A stretch of 63,025 nucleotides of DNA, counting the filler, from Asterionella formosa (Eukaryota): the NCBI GenBank assembly GCA_002256025.1. It is 16 parts of 16 records of this genome, joined end to end, with 100 filler letters (N's around TTAATTAATTAA, not from the genome) between each part and the next. Parts side by side here need not be neighbours in the genome. Positions count along the whole stretch, not along the records: positions 48,426 to 50,426 come from NKIB01000661.1; positions 50,527 to 52,527 come from NKIB01000662.1; positions 52,628 to 54,628 come from NKIB01000663.1; positions 54,729 to 56,728 come from NKIB01000665.1; positions 56,829 to 58,827 come from NKIB01000666.1; positions 58,928 to 60,926 come from NKIB01000667.1; positions 61,027 to 63,025 come from NKIB01000668.1; 9 more parts are not named here. One strand, written 5' to 3'. This document shows, piece by piece, positions 49,761 to 63,025 of the stretch (position 1 is the first letter of the stretch; every line of letters starts with the position of its first letter). The translations under genes were made by a program, and so were the position numbers. Below the pieces are notes generated by a model. The model searched no databases and was not told the DNA's origin. It saw only the letters and a list, made by a program, of their open reading frames with translations.

Positions 49761-50526
49761 CTGTCATTGTAGACTTGTTGAATGCTAAATCAACAATCGT
49801 TGCACTTGTAGTTGCTGTTCGTCACTCTGGTGTGAAGCTTTGTCTTCTTCTCCAACTCCTCCTCTTTCTGTCAGATTTTAAGACCATTGAGTTAATCTGT
49901 CCCACATTGCTGATTCATTCTTGTGCTGCTCGGTTGGCTGCTCTCATCAGTCCTTTCGTTATGGTGAACCAGTTATTTTCGCTTAAATTTAACTGTCAGC
50001 ATCTGGAAGTAACTGTAGCTACATTACTCCAGAATTTTTTGATTCTTTGCCAAAGTACTTTAATAGTCTTTTTTTACTCACCTTAATACTTGCTGGCTAA
50101 AAAGTGTAAAATAATAATTTGTGTAATAATACACAGATGATGTACCGTTAATCATATATTTTTTTAGAGCGTGCCCATTGGAACCGTGCTATATAGTTTT
50201 CAGTTGATAAATGCCATCTATTCATCATACACCTGATACCAGGGTACCTGGTACCAAGGTACCGGTACTCCCTTGATGTTTGCGGAGTACAAGGGACCAA
50301 CAACAGGTAAAATCATCCCGAGTCAGCATTCATTCGCAGCCCCCTCCCTCCCCACCAGTGGAGTTCGGATTACCAGTACATACATGAATGTAGAATTCAA
50401 TTCCTCTAGGGGATTCATAGGTAAAANNNNNNNNNNNNNNNNNNNNNNNNNNNNNNNNNNNNNNNNNNNNTTAATTAATTAANNNNNNNNNNNNNNNNNN
50501 NNNNNNNNNNNNNNNNNNNNNNNNNN

Positions 50527-50738
50527 AGATCCTATATACTGACGATATATAGAGTGAACCTACACCCCTAGTTTGTCCGAAGACTGTATGTGAGCATATG
50601 GAAAGGGTGTGTATTGGTGAAAGCTCCGTTGAGCGTTATACATATTTAATTTGTATGTGAAAAGTATGTGTTTGATTAGTCTGACTCAATATTATTTTAT
50701 TAACCCTACCTCGAGCTAGGGGTTCAAATGCAGCAACC
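50527..50738 (-). mobile_element. End fragment of the Harbinger-like non-autonomous element family
   Basis: Reverse-complement homology to 20704-20913. Ends ggggttcaaatgcagcaacc|tta. Confidence 0.8.
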
Positions 50739-51523
50739 TTAAGAGTTTGTAAAAAGAGGCGGGGGACAAAATATCTTTTTCCAATAAATATGATAAAATA
50801 AATATTAGTTATGATGTCTTTCTGTTGATTTCGACATGAAGTATGGCAGACGAACAGATTCTGGATTCCGTCCTGTGGTACACTCGTGTGTAGAATATAT
50901 ATATTGTATGTAGCCTGTTCATATCTGACCTACGTAAATGTCGAAGTGTCTGGTAAAACTGAAATGCAACTCAACAGCACTACCGGTAGGTTGTACGCCG
51001 TACCAAGTAGTATATTGGAACAAACACATGTCTAATACGCATGTATGTGACAGTACTGCTTTAATTTTTGGATTAATGACAGACAGCATACTGCTACCTG
51101 TAGACGAAGACGATGGAGATACAACTGGTACAGTACAAGGTACACTTACAATTGGAGCATGATGGTGGGTAGGGGCGAAAGTAGGGGCGATATTCATCTC
51201 CATGGTTGATTTATGAAAAGATGCCTTAGGGCCGTTCTTATCATTTTTTTTTCGTGTATCACGGAATTTGAATTTTTTTGAAAATGTATCAGCAACGGTA
51301 ACTCGATTTGAACTGAATTTCATTCATTCCAAAAGTGTCACTGGATCACTAATTTGTGATCACATTGTATCATGGAGTAACATGGATCTTCAACGGCAAC
51401 TGGCTGGCAAAGATCATGTGTATATCCCTCCGGAATATAATGATGGTCTTGATATCAAGCAACAACAAAATATAATTACCGGGAAACTAATTATAATATT
51501 AAAAACACACATTTGCATGAATC

Positions 51524-52527
51524 ATGTTGTCGCCATTTGATTTACTTGATGATAATGACGATGACAGTAGTGATCTTGATTTCTTCTTCCTCTGTCATTT
51601 AGCTAAGGAAGCAGAGGAAAAAGAACACTCATCCAAACGACAAAGGCGACGCTGTAAACGGCAGCTTCAGTCATCTGAACGACGATGACAACGAAGGCAC
51701 AAGTGGCACCACGAAAGAATCTCCTGGCAATCACATGTCGAGAAACTCAATCACGAGATTGCTTTCGAGAAGACATACAGAATGTCACACAGAGCATTCA
51801 AAAAACTCACCTCCATGCTGGAAATTCAGATTGCAGGGAATTATTCCAAATGTGGCACTTCTGAGCCCATAATTCCCGAAATTGTGGTAGCCATTGGTTT
51901 GCGATGGCTGGCTGGTGGCAGTTACATCGACATTTGTCATGCCTACGGTTGTAGCATTGCTTCACTTTATCGATGTCGTGATTTGTTCATTGATGCTGTA
52001 CTAAACTGTGGAGAACTCGAAATTGTTTTTCCAAAAGAAAAAGAAGAATTTATCAAATTGGCTTCCAGCTTTGAATGCAAAAGCTCAGAGGGCATGATGA
52101 GAGGATGTGTTGGTGCTATTGACGGCTTCCTAGCCACCATCAACCGCCCGACTATAGTTGAAAGTGGCAACAATCCTGGTTCATTTTTTTCCGGTCACTA
52201 CATGACTTATGGAATCAATGTCCAGGCTGTTTGTGATGCTGACTCAAGATTTATTTATTTTGGTGTAATTGCACCGGGAAAATGCAGTGACCAAGTAGCT
52301 TTTGAACGAACTTCCATTTTCGATCGAGTTGCAGCATTCAACACAGGTTTTTATCTGGTCGGCGATGCAGCTTACACATTGTCTGATGTAATGCTTGTTC
52401 CCTTTGTTGGCTCACAACGTGATGATCCAACACAGGATACATTTAACTTTTTCCTTTCACAGCTAAGGATAAGAATAGAAATGGCATTTGGTCTTCTTCA
52501 GACAAAATGGTGTGTTCTGAAAAAAAA
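51524..52527 (+). pseudogene. PIF/Harbinger DDE transposase (HARBI1-like) with one premature stop; 3'-truncated
   Basis: GLRWLAGGSYIDI, GCVGAIDG, YGINVQAVCDA, LVGDAAY and FNFFLSQLRIRIEMAFGLL. In-frame ATG at 51524 and TGA at 51686-51688. Confidence 0.9.
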
Positions 52528-52627
52528 NNNNNNNNNNNNNNNNNNNNNNNNNNNNNNNNNNNNNNNNNNNNTTAATTAATTAANNNNNNNNNNNNNNNNN
52601 NNNNNNNNNNNNNNNNNNNNNNNNNNN

Positions 52628-54628
52628 GTGTGGGTGTGTGAAACAATGTCTCTCACTGCTAACTCATCATTTGCGCTGGAAGGTCGGACTCCTATAGAAC
52701 AAATCACAGGCGAGACACCCGACATATCCGAATACTTGGATTTCGGGTTCTACGATTGGGTGTGGTACAAGGATAATGCAGGGGTTGGCGAAAACATGTT
52801 CCGGCGCTGGCTTGGTGTGTCTCACCGAGATGGTAACCTAATGTCATATGGGATTCTAACCATTGCTTGTCGCGTTATCTCTCGCACTACAGTGCAGTGT
52901 ATCACTCACCTTGAACTGACAACTAGCAAGGTCAAATACAGATGCAAGGAGTACAATGAGAGGATAAAGGAAATCATGCATGACGACAACCACCAAAACG
53001 CAGGCGATGAGGAGGAGCAACAATTGCAGGATTGGGATGAATACTCGGATCTACAGGACGATCCAGTATTCGGCAAACAGATAAACAATGTTGTGAGCGA
53101 TCACCAAATACCAGATGCCGATGACACCTTCACGCCCGATATTTTAGAGGATACATACCTCAACAAAGAGAAAGCGATAGCGAGGGGCGCTGGAGATGAT
53201 AACGATGGTGTTCAATTCGGCAGAATCAACAAGAGATTGCGCGACGCCGATGGTAGACCTATCGGCAAGGCTCACGAAAATCCTTTGCTTGACACGAGAG
53301 AGTATGAGGTCGAGTTTTTTGACGGACACTCAGAGGCATTGTCTTCTAACCTTATTGCTCAGAATTTGTTTTCACAGATAGACGAGGAGGGCTAACAACA
53401 CGTACTTCTCGACGACATAGGCGGAATGCGATGGCACTCGACAAAGAGGACGCGTTCATCACAATGTCTAACGGTGTCAAGCGGCGGAGACAGACGACTC
53501 AAGGGTGGCAACTCCTGTGCCAATGGAGGGACGGGAGTACCACTTGGGTCGCACTTAAGGATATGAAGCAATCGTACCCCATACAGGTGGTGGAATACTC
53601 AATTGCTAATCGTATTGATGACGAGGCAGCGTTTGCGTGGTGGGTGCCGACTCTTCTAAAGAAACGGGACCGAGTCCTAGCAAAGGTAAAGTCTAAGTAT
53701 TGGCAGCGAACTCACAAATACGGTATACGGATACCGAAGTCCGTCGAAGAGGCGTTAGCGATTGATAAAGCCAATGGCAACACATTATGGTGGGACGCCA
53801 TCTGCAAGGAAATGAAAAACGTGCGACCGGCATTTGAAAAGTGGGAAAAGCGAGAGGGAGACCTTCCGCCAGGGTACCAAAAGATAAGGTGTCATTTCGT
53901 GTTCGACATCAAAATGGGCGAAAACTTTCGGCGTAAGGCGAGACTAGTTGCTGACGGCAGCCGGACGGAAACGCCCGCAGCCCTGACGTATTTGTCAGTT
54001 GTGTCGAGGGACTCAGTGCGCATTGCCTTATTGATTGCTTCATTGAACGACTTACAACTTCTTGCTTGCGATATTCAAAACGCTTATCTAACCGCAGATT
54101 GCAGAGAGAAAATTTACATAATTGCAGGGCCGGAATTAGGGTCAGAAGCGGGAGCTACCATGGTGGTGAAGAAAGCGCTGTATGGGCTCAAATCTAGCGG
54201 TGCGGCATTCAGAGCGCATCTCGCAGAAACCCTCCATGATTTGGGTTACTTGCCCACGAAAGGGGACCCTGATGTATGGATTCGACCGGCGGTAAAACCG
54301 GATGGGTTTGAGTATTACGAAATGATTCTTGTATATGTTGATGACATTCTTTGCATTTCAGCGCAGCCTAGAGCGACTATGAGCGGGATACAGTCGACCT
54401 TCAGATTGAAGGATGATAAAGTCGAGAAGCCGGAAAATTACCTGAGAGCCCAGGTAATGCAGAAAATAGTCGACGGAGTTGAGTGTTGGGCCATGACTTC
54501 CGAGCAGTATGTCAAGGCGGCCATCGCCAACGTAGAGTTCAAACTCGACGAGTCGGGTCAGCGGCTTCCAACGAGGTGCACTACCCCATTGCAGGGGAAT
54601 TATAGACCGGAACTGGATATTTCTGCCG
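52628..54628 (+). mobile_element. Diatom Ty1/copia (CoDi) pol fragment, integrase C-terminus to RT, degenerate
   Basis: GRTPIEQITGETPDISEYLDF, TTQGWQLLCQWRDGS, RKARLVADG, DIQNAYL, KALYGLKSSGA and YVDD. Stop and frameshift at ~53393-53430. Confidence 0.92.
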
Positions 54629-55382
54629 NNNNNNNNNNNNNNNNNNNNNNNNNNNNNNNNNNNNNNNNNNNNTTAATTAATTAANNNNNNNNNNNNNNNN
54701 NNNNNNNNNNNNNNNNNNNNNNNNNNNNCTCGAGCAAAATGCAGATGCGCACAGCAGGAGGACCCATTTTTCTTCGAACCATTTATTCTCAACATATGTA
54801 AAAAGTACAATATAACAGTAGAACAACGGCAACTTGCGTTCAAATAAGGAATGCGCAACCCTGAAAGTGGCTATGATGGGAAGGAAGAAACAACAGTTTG
54901 CTCGTTTTGAGGATTGTAACCGTTAAATATTCAGCGGTATCATGGTCCATGCAGTTGGTGCAACAACCGTAGAAAGTATACCAAACGACAATTATTGAAT
55001 TTTAGATAAATTACTAAATATACCACCCAATGGAGGTTCAATTTTACATACCATTTCTAGTACCCACTACCACCTTTCGCTACCAGTATGGGTAATTGCT
55101 TTATTTTAACTCATTAAAAACAGAGTTTAGCAAGCTACAAGTACTTAACTAGCTAGATAAACAATTGAGACAAGTGATTCAATTACAAACATTTGACTGT
55201 CCCGGTATTAATATATTTAAGCCATTTTACATTCATAAAATCGTGGTTTCTTGATTTTCGACTTTCCCCTTTGTGGAAAATGTGCATTAGTCAATAACTA
55301 ATGTAGTTATTCCTTGCTGTGTTTGCACTCAATTAGACATGTAATGTCAGTTTGTTTGTTGCATTCAAAAGATACTACTCTT

Positions 55383-56253
55383 TTAATTCGATTTTTTTGG
55401 TTTCTGCTTTTTGGCGGTTCCTTTCTTCGCCTTTTTCTCCTTTCTACTATTACTACTACCACCACTTCCCAACAATGGAGGAGGAGGAGGTTGCATAGTT
55501 GTCATCTCTTGATTCCATACGATATCATCATCAGCACCAAAGGGTTGAAAGGGAGAACATGGGGTAGAATGATTATACAGCAAATGATGTGGTAAGAATG
55601 AACTGCAAGGTGATTTCATGGTGGGAGATTGCAAGGACATGGTCTGTAGTTCAAGGTCCAGCACACCCATTGGTGAGGGCAGGTTGTTACTAGAAAGGGG
55701 ATACATATGTTTCATTGATTTCGTTGTTGACGTGGGTGTACCAGGGTAAGTTACACTGCAGAGAAAGGCAACATCATCATGGCGTGTAGTAATAGGTTGT
55801 TCTGGGAGGGTTGCAGTTCCAAAGTCCAAACTAGTAGTACTAGTAGTAGTAGTAGTCGTCGTTGCTTTGATCTTTTTTCGGGTTTGCTTTTGTTGCTTTG
55901 GAACTTTGGGTGCTTGTTGCAATGGTTCCGAAACAGTTGATAGACGAGACACTTGGTTGTCTAGGCCTAGTATCGAGCTCCTCTTGGTTGCATTTCTGTT
56001 TAGCATTATGCTGTCATAAATGGACAGTGCAATGCCCATGGTTTCATCATCCTTTGAAAATACCTGCTCTTGAGCAACAATGCTATTGCAGACATTTTTG
56101 CAACTACTGGTAGTTGTTGTAGTACCGGTAGCAGCACCACGATCCGGAGCAGATCTTGAAGAGCCACGTAATTTCCGTTGTCGTAACTGTTGCAAATCAA
56201 TAGCAATGTTCCGAATAGTAATGTTTGCTTTGGTGTTGGTGGTGGTGTTTACT

Positions 56254-56285
<32 letters not shown>

Positions 56286-56415
56286 GCTACATTTGTTGTT
56301 GCTGTTGCAGTTGCAGTTGGACAAGCATCTGGCTTTGCCTGTTATTCCTGGAATAAAAAAAGATGGTCGATCTTCACAATGCAATTTGCATAATGGCGTA
56401 CCGCAATCTAATGCC
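55383..56415 (-). CDS. Low-complexity hypothetical protein (poly-Asn/Thr)
   Basis: Long open frame, likely starting MALDCG, with (AAC)n and (ACT)n microsatellite-encoded homopolymers and a basic C-terminal tail. Confidence 0.5.
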
Positions 56416-56828
56416 ATTTCGATGATGACGATGACGATATGTTGATGATGATCAAGAGAAAGAGAGAGAAAGAGTGGATAGACTACCTGACCGGTTATAC
56501 TGTAGTTCGCTTGTTGGATGCAGAGCTGGCAGATGGTGAATGAGATTTTCGTAATTCTCTGCCGCAAGTGTTTGTGAAACAAAGTATGTGAAGCAGAGGA
56601 GATGAGATGGATATATTTTTTAAAAAGGAAAAGGAGGCAAAGGTGTTGTTCGCCTTGTGTGTGTCCACAAATGTGGAATAAAATAGTGGATGGAAGGTGC
56701 TGGTGAGCATTATTTTATTTGTTTTTTTNNNNNNNNNNNNNNNNNNNNNNNNNNNNNNNNNNNNNNNNNNNNTTAATTAATTAANNNNNNNNNNNNNNNN
56801 NNNNNNNNNNNNNNNNNNNNNNNNNNNN

Positions 56829-57615
56829 ACCGAATCGTCATTCCAAAGGCAAGCATTGGAGTGAGATTTGTGGAAGCTTTACAATGCCCTATATCAATAC
56901 CATGGCTGATGTGCAACCAAGTGCAGTGGCAGCCTTGTCCAAAGGGTGGTGGGTTGATCGACCTCGGCGATATTCTGTAGCTGCGCTTATGGGAACACCG
57001 GGGCACCTCGCCATTCGAGTAGAATTTATCCAGAACCAAAACGACCTTTTTCAACAAAATGTCGGTGGGTTACCATTGTATTTGCAAGATCTTGGTAATT
57101 CGAGGTTATCTGTCAATCCCATGGACATTTATCGTAACTCCATATTTTGCCCAATTTTGATGGGAGATGAATGTGCCCAAAAGCGATTCTTCGATGTCCT
57201 TCTGGCAGGATGTATCCCTGTCGTAATGGAGTACGAGGGGGATGAACAAAACTCGTTATCATGGTACAGCAACAAGCGGTGTTCGGTGAGGCGTACATAT
57301 CCTTTTGCACGAGGAGTTTATTTTGATGACTTGGATGCTGGACTGGATTACATGTCGCTTGTCGTTTCAGTGAATGGAACTTGTGGATTACCTTGTATGA
57401 AGATTGTGTTAGAGGATGTAATGAAGGATAAGGAAAGGTTGAAGAATATAAGATACACCATGTACAAGTATTCGTTACTGTTTACGACCAGTCTAGATCC
57501 TGCGCAAAATGACAATCACCCCGATGCCTTTTCTGCCATGACAGTAACCCTTCGACATTATCTGAGGAATTTGGTGAGTCCATTAATTACCTCAGAGCAT
57601 AACAATAGGTTGTAG
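56829..57615 (+). CDS. Exostosin-family (GT47) glycosyltransferase, C-terminal part
   Basis: YRNSIFCPILMGDECAQKRFFDVLLAGCIPVV matches the GT47 motif. The ORF is open to the contig start. Confidence 0.85.
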
Positions 57616-58049
57616 GAGATCTGCAGATGGTCATAGTCGATTTTGTTCGATTCCAAAATGCAAGAATGGTGCGACCAGAAAAGTAGAGTAATCCTAAATT
57701 TCTCTTGTAATCACAGACTTCGCTACGTCTTGGTACGCATTTAATATAATCAGCCATTTATCTCCAAAAGAGAGATGATAGAACATCTTAGTTTGGTTGT
57801 CGCATGTGGAGGGTAACAAGTCGATTTCTTTTCTTTTTGGTTCGCTCAGATAAAATCAAAAGCCATTACTAGGTTGCATATTATAATGAATTTCAAGCAT
57901 TCTTCGGGCAGTATGAATTATAATACGATATTATTGACTACACTGGCAATCTTAGAAGATGTGGATATTATTGACGTTCCAACGAAGTTGCTGTAATCGT
58001 ATGAAATATAAAATGGACGCTGATTTCCGTTACAGATCAGTAAGTGACT

Positions 58050-58827
58050 TTAGAGAACAGGTGCAGTAGTAGGTGACATGGTTGGGTTGAGCGTAGGCAA
58101 CTCAGGGTTGGGAGGTTGTCCAGCAGTAAACGTCAACTCATCAGTGGAAGAGCAAAGTACACCTGACGATGGGGTCGACCCAACAAGAGTTGTGATGACA
58201 GTGTAGTTAATTTGCTGGGAAAGATCAATAAGAATTGGCACCTCGGTATTGAACTGTTCGCCTGGACCAACACCACTGTCGATGACAGACTGTGTCAAGT
58301 TGAATGTTCCAATATTGGTAGTAGTGACGAGACTGACGAATTGGGCATCAAAGTCTCCAGTGTTGGAAATGACAACGTTGAATACGACGTTGGTAAAGCA
58401 CGACACGTTTCCTTGAAGATCATTGACGAAGCCGACCAGCTGAATGGATCCGTACCTGTCCTTCAAGAACAAGTTACGAGAGCACGAACTGTGGTAGACG
58501 ATGCTCTGTAAGAAATTGTCAAATCCAACTGACTCGTCCTTGTAGATGGTAACATTCATGTTGGCATCAACACGGTTGTCGCCGTCATCGAGAAGGAAAA
58601 CTTCGCCGACACCAACATAGCCTTCAAAGTAGATAATTCCAAGTCCCTTGATGTCTGTGGCAATGATATAACTGAGTTCGCCTTCAGCCGTTGGTGGGGC
58701 TCCATTGTAGTCGAAGCACTGAAAGAGAGTGGCTGGCTGAAGATTGAAACTTTGGCTGCAGTCTCCTCCATTGTATTTGAAGTAGAGCTCGTTTGGACGC
58801 TGGAGGCATTGCGTGATTGGGGGAGGG
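58050..58827 (-). CDS. Cys-containing extracellular/cell-surface-type protein, C-terminal part
   Basis: Frame is open from the contig edge: CLQRPNELYFKYNGGDCSQSFN..., YHSSCSRNLFLKDRYGSIQLVGF and a PT.SPT tail, as seen in diatom secreted repeat proteins. Confidence 0.65.
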
Positions 58828-59433
58828 NNNNNNNNNNNNNNNNNNNNNNNNNNNNNNNNNNNNNNNNNNNNTTAATTAATTAANNNNNNNNNNNNNNNNN
58901 NNNNNNNNNNNNNNNNNNNNNNNNNNNTCAAAGCTATGATACCAGGGAGTTTGTGGACATTGACCTTGCCCGAAATGGCATGCTCGCAGCAAATAGGGTT
59001 TGCATTATGATCATAAGACACGTCAATCATCCTAAAGCAAGGTATACCGGTTTACAACAGGAACGGCAATGACAATGTCAAGAATAAGCAACCGATCTTT
59101 TCATTTTGTCCTGGTGGCCTCGACAAGCGGTCCTAAGCAAGATAATGGATATACATGAATGACACCTGTAACATCGCCCATACCACCTCTCCAATCGATA
59201 CTGATATTGCCACCAACCATTTGTCGAGGAGGACCCAGCTTTGATGGAAACGGCATCGGCATCTGAAGCAAGTTACAAATCGAATCCAACAACAACAAAC
59301 GAAAACAAATCCGGAAACCCATCAGATAGTTTCATACAGGGATTGCACGACTACGGTAGTTACCCGTAGGACATTCGAATGTTCTCACACTCCCTTATTC
59401 GAGCAGACAACTTGCGCATCATACACGTGATGG

Positions 59434-59575
59434 TCACCAGCGCTGCAACGATTTGCGATGACGCAAAAAAGTCATCAGGGGGAGTGGTTTGGTGAACATA
59501 TCAGCCACCTGATCCTCCGTGTCGACATGCTCAATGCGGATAATTTTGCGCCACACATGATCACGAAAATGATGG
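59434..59575 (-). pseudogene. Copia RNaseH C-terminal remnant
   Basis: YHHFRDHV...IEHVDTEDQVADMFTKPL. Confidence 0.75.
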
Positions 59576-59679
59576 TACCCTGGTACCCTGGTACCAGTTT
59601 CCCAGATATCGGTACCTTCTACCAGGTACCAGTACCAGGTAACTGGTCGTACCAACAGGAATTGGAGTACTGTACCTGG

Positions 59680-60926
59680 TGAAGTATCTAACTAGAAGTA
59701 GTAGTATTTGTTGAATATATGAGCTTATTAATTAATCCTTCTGTATAACTCATTTCCTGAACTGACATCAAAGTATAGAATGGGTGTTAGTCGAGTTCTC
59801 TCATTATTGAATTCCGATATATTTGACATAACCCCAACTCTATATATATCTGTATCGATGTGCAGGATTGCTCACTCTCCCACACTTGAGGGAAAACCTT
59901 TTACCTATGAAAAGGTTTGATACGACGAATATTAATTCGTTCTGTAATGTGCATAGTGCGTTGAAAAGTAACTGTACCATTGGCATGTACTTGAATAATA
60001 GTATAAGGACCTCGTCCACAATTATCCAAAGTAGTAGGATTATCCAATAATATTAAAATCTCGTCACCCACTTTGTAATCATAAGATCGACGACGGAAAT
60101 TTGCACGACGTAAACGTTCGTCAATTATCACCTGTCGACGTTGATGTATTAATTGTAAATCTGTAATCAAAGGAATATTTAATATCATATCACTTTGGAA
60201 AACCCATGCTCCTGGTGAAATACGTAATATACTATGAATAGTAGCTCGAGCTGCATATGACGCAGCTGCAAAACATGTATCCACAATATTTTGGGCTTGA
60301 AATTCATTGATTGGAGGATGAGCCTTTAACATAACTCGTAGACTATTGCTGATAGATTGATGGAAACGTTCACAGATAGCATTTGCTTGTGGATTCTTTA
60401 CTGTGGTAGTCACATCTTTGATTCCATTCAATACTAACATGTGTAAGAAAGGAGCACCAGTAAATTCACCTCCATTGTCATGTATACAACGTTCTGGACG
60501 GGGATATCTGGCTAACCAATCATTTTCAAATTTCATTGCAATATATTCTGATGTTTTATTGATGATACGTGAAATTTCTGCTAAATTGGTGACTGTGTCA
60601 ATACAAGTTAGAGCACGAAATTCAATCGTTTGAGCAGCCACTGTTATCTTCCATGGACCAATTAGATCTACTGCGACTTCTGACCATGGTAATAATAATG
60701 CATTCCTGGGTGGAAGTTCACCAAAACCAGTACCAGGTAATTTTGTACGTTGACATGCTTCACATACTCTTACAATATGTTCCACTCTTGTTTTTAATAT
60801 AGGGTGATAAAAATGTGTAGCAATTGTAGCATTTAATCTTGTCATACCCACATGAGCTAACATCTGATGATACCAATTAATAATAGGATCCAATAATGAT
60901 GTAGGAATAGCAATACGCCAAGTATC
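59680..60926 (-). mobile_element. Ty3/gypsy integrase (ORF to 59901) plus putative 3' LTR (59874-59680)
   Basis: HHCC zinc finger (YHQMLAH...CEACQ), AVDLIGPW, HDNGGEF, NPQANAICER and a GPY motif. PPT-like gggagag|TG. Confidence 0.92.
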
Positions 60927-61026
60927 NNNNNNNNNNNNNNNNNNNNNNNNNNNNNNNNNNNNNNNNNNNNTTAATTAATTAANNNNNNNNNNNNNNNNNN
61001 NNNNNNNNNNNNNNNNNNNNNNNNNN

Positions 61027-63025
61027 ACGGGAAAATGCCCCGATTGGCTTTTCTACGGCTTTCAGCCTAAGATTTATCCTCACCTGATTCAGTTTGGCAG
61101 GGTGGGGTGGGCCACGATTCGGACGCCAAGGCAGAAACTAACCCCAAAAAGTGTCAAATGTGTCATGCTTGGATACAGCCATGACCACGCCGGTGATACC
61201 TACCGCATGTACAACGTTGCTACGAAAAAGGTCTTCAACACAAGAGACCTTAAATGGGCTGACTGGCATGGAAATGCCAAACCGACAGCGGACATGGACG
61301 AATTCACCACAGACGGATCCGGTATAGATGAGGAATTTGACACTCCTACTAAACCCTCCAACGCAATAGTACCTCCTGACGAACAAGGGGCTGATACGCA
61401 ACTACCAACGAAACCGGACGATCCCAGTACTCCGACGAGAGTGCGCTTTGTAGATTCCGTCGCAGGTGGTATGAGTACGAATGAGCATCGTACGAATTAT
61501 GCTACGAAATCTACAAAGCTAGATCGAGAAATGAATAGGCCATCAACAGGCCTTGTGACCTCGCCTACACCTACTCGTGCAGGTACACGTCAGCAATCAT
61601 CCGCAGCACGCACGCTTATCTTGGATGACGACACGAATGAAAACCTCCAAGAGCACGAACCTAACGAGGAAGCACATTCAACGAGCCTAGCTTCCGACCC
61701 ACTGGAACCCAAGAGCTACAAGCAGGCACTACTAAGTAACGAAAAAGACGAATGGACCAAGGCAATCAAAGCTGAAATTGAAAACTTCTACTCCCGCAAA
61801 GTGTGGAAGCTACATCCTCGTAAGAATCTAAATGGACGAAAGCCACTTGGAGCAAAATGGGTATTTAAAAAGAAGAATGAGCACGACAACACTACGCGCT
61901 ACAAGGGCCGCATCGTGGTAAAAGGCTACGTGCAGATACCAGGTGTCGACTTCACAGACTCATTCGCACCTGTTGTTACGGATACAGGCCTACGTATTGT
62001 GTTTGCGCTCACCCTACACAGAAAAGATTTTGTTTGTGAAATTGTGGACATCGAAGCGGCATTCCTCGAAGCCGACCTCGACGAAGAAATCTACATAGAA
62101 TGGCCAGATGGAATCGCTAACTTCCACTACGAAAATGAAACGACTATGACTGACAACTGCATCCGACTGGACAAGGCAATGTACGGCACGTTACAAGCTG
62201 CACGGCAATGGTTCAAGAAACTCCGAGACTGCCTACTTGATATAGGACTCAAGCAAAGCCGTGTCGACCCCTGTGTGTTCTACGAAAAACGAGAAGGCAT
62301 CCTTACCCTACTGCTATGCACCTACGTCGATGACCTCGCAGTAACCGGCAGCCAAGCCGACGTCAACAAGTTCAAGTTGGCACTGAAACAATACTTCAAC
62401 GTTAAAGAGCTTGGCCAGCTACGCAAGCATCTAGGAGTATGGTACGAATGGGGCGAAGACGAGAACGGACGCTATCTACAGTCCGAAATGGAGGACTTTG
62501 TCAAAGATATGATTAATGACTACACGACTATATTTGGAAAGGAACCAAAGAAAGCCTCAACGCCGGGATTCCCGGGAACGGTCCTAAGTAAGAACCGAGG
62601 AGAGACGATCAAGAATAAGGAATATCGCTCCCTCGTTGGAAAGATACTTTACTTCGTGAAGAAAATATCGCCAGTATGCGCCAACGCATGTCGTGAATTG
62701 TCACAGCACCTCGACAACCCAGGCGAAACGCACTGGCAAGCATTGGAACGCCTACTCGGGTATTTGTGTCTACATGGGGACATTGCATGCAGAATGAAAC
62801 TACGTGCGCCCAACGAGCTACGTATACAAGATGTCGTGGACAGCGCCTTCGCCTCTAATCCTGATACACGAAAAAGTGTCAGCGGTTATTTAGGCACGAT
62901 CGGAGGGTGCGCCCTAATTCACTGGATATCAAAAGGACAGGATATCGTAACGCAATCAAGCACCGAGTGTGAATATGTCGCACTCAGTAACGGCTCAAAG
63001 GAAACTGTCTTCGCAACGAATCTAC
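61027..63025 (+). mobile_element. Ty1/copia pol fragment (integrase C-terminus, RT, RNaseH start), apparently an open frame
   Basis: KSVKCVMLGYSHDHAGDTYRMY, EPKSYKQAL, YKGRIVVKGYVQIPGVDF, DIEAAFL, YVDD and QSSTECEY. Missing from the ORF track, presumably because it has no stop before the window end. Confidence 0.93.

Noticed and set aside
50527..52527. TIR at 50719-50738 as the left end of the autonomous Harbinger element
   Set aside because: Homology to 20704-20913 shows that this element extends leftwards, away from the transposase.

Overview
This window is not one chromosomal region. It is 16 contigs joined by 15 artificial 100-nt spacers (N44-TTAATTAATTAA-N44). Almost all of it looks like a repeat-rich eukaryotic genome, most likely a diatom: short GT-AG introns, diatom-type Ty1/copia elements and diatom-like low-complexity proteins. 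The long contig (2108-33602) carries small islands of host genes separated by MITEs, foldback elements, satellites and decayed transposons. These genes encode a metallophosphoesterase, an ankyrin protein, an Rh-type ammonium channel, organellar ribosomal protein L9, homoserine kinase, Prp28/DDX23 and an HDHD2-like HAD hydrolase. The ~2-kb contigs are mostly copia, gypsy, Harbinger and mariner fragments. They also include an exostosin (GT47) gene fragment, a secreted-type protein fragment and one GC-rich bacterial contaminant contig (WD40 and FG-GAP proteins). The most interesting signals are: (1) a membrane HExxH metalloprotease-like module fused upstream of an internal Cys-Gly-Asn class-II glutamine amidotransferase domain, suggesting self-activation by proteolysis; (2) a dispersed tRNA-headed SINE-like family with a Pol III terminator right after the head; (3) a ~70-bp TIR element found three times, each just upstream of a host gene; (4) a ~1-kb foldback with a perfect ~205-bp core inside diverged arms. 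All calls come from reading the sequence and motifs; no database searches were run.
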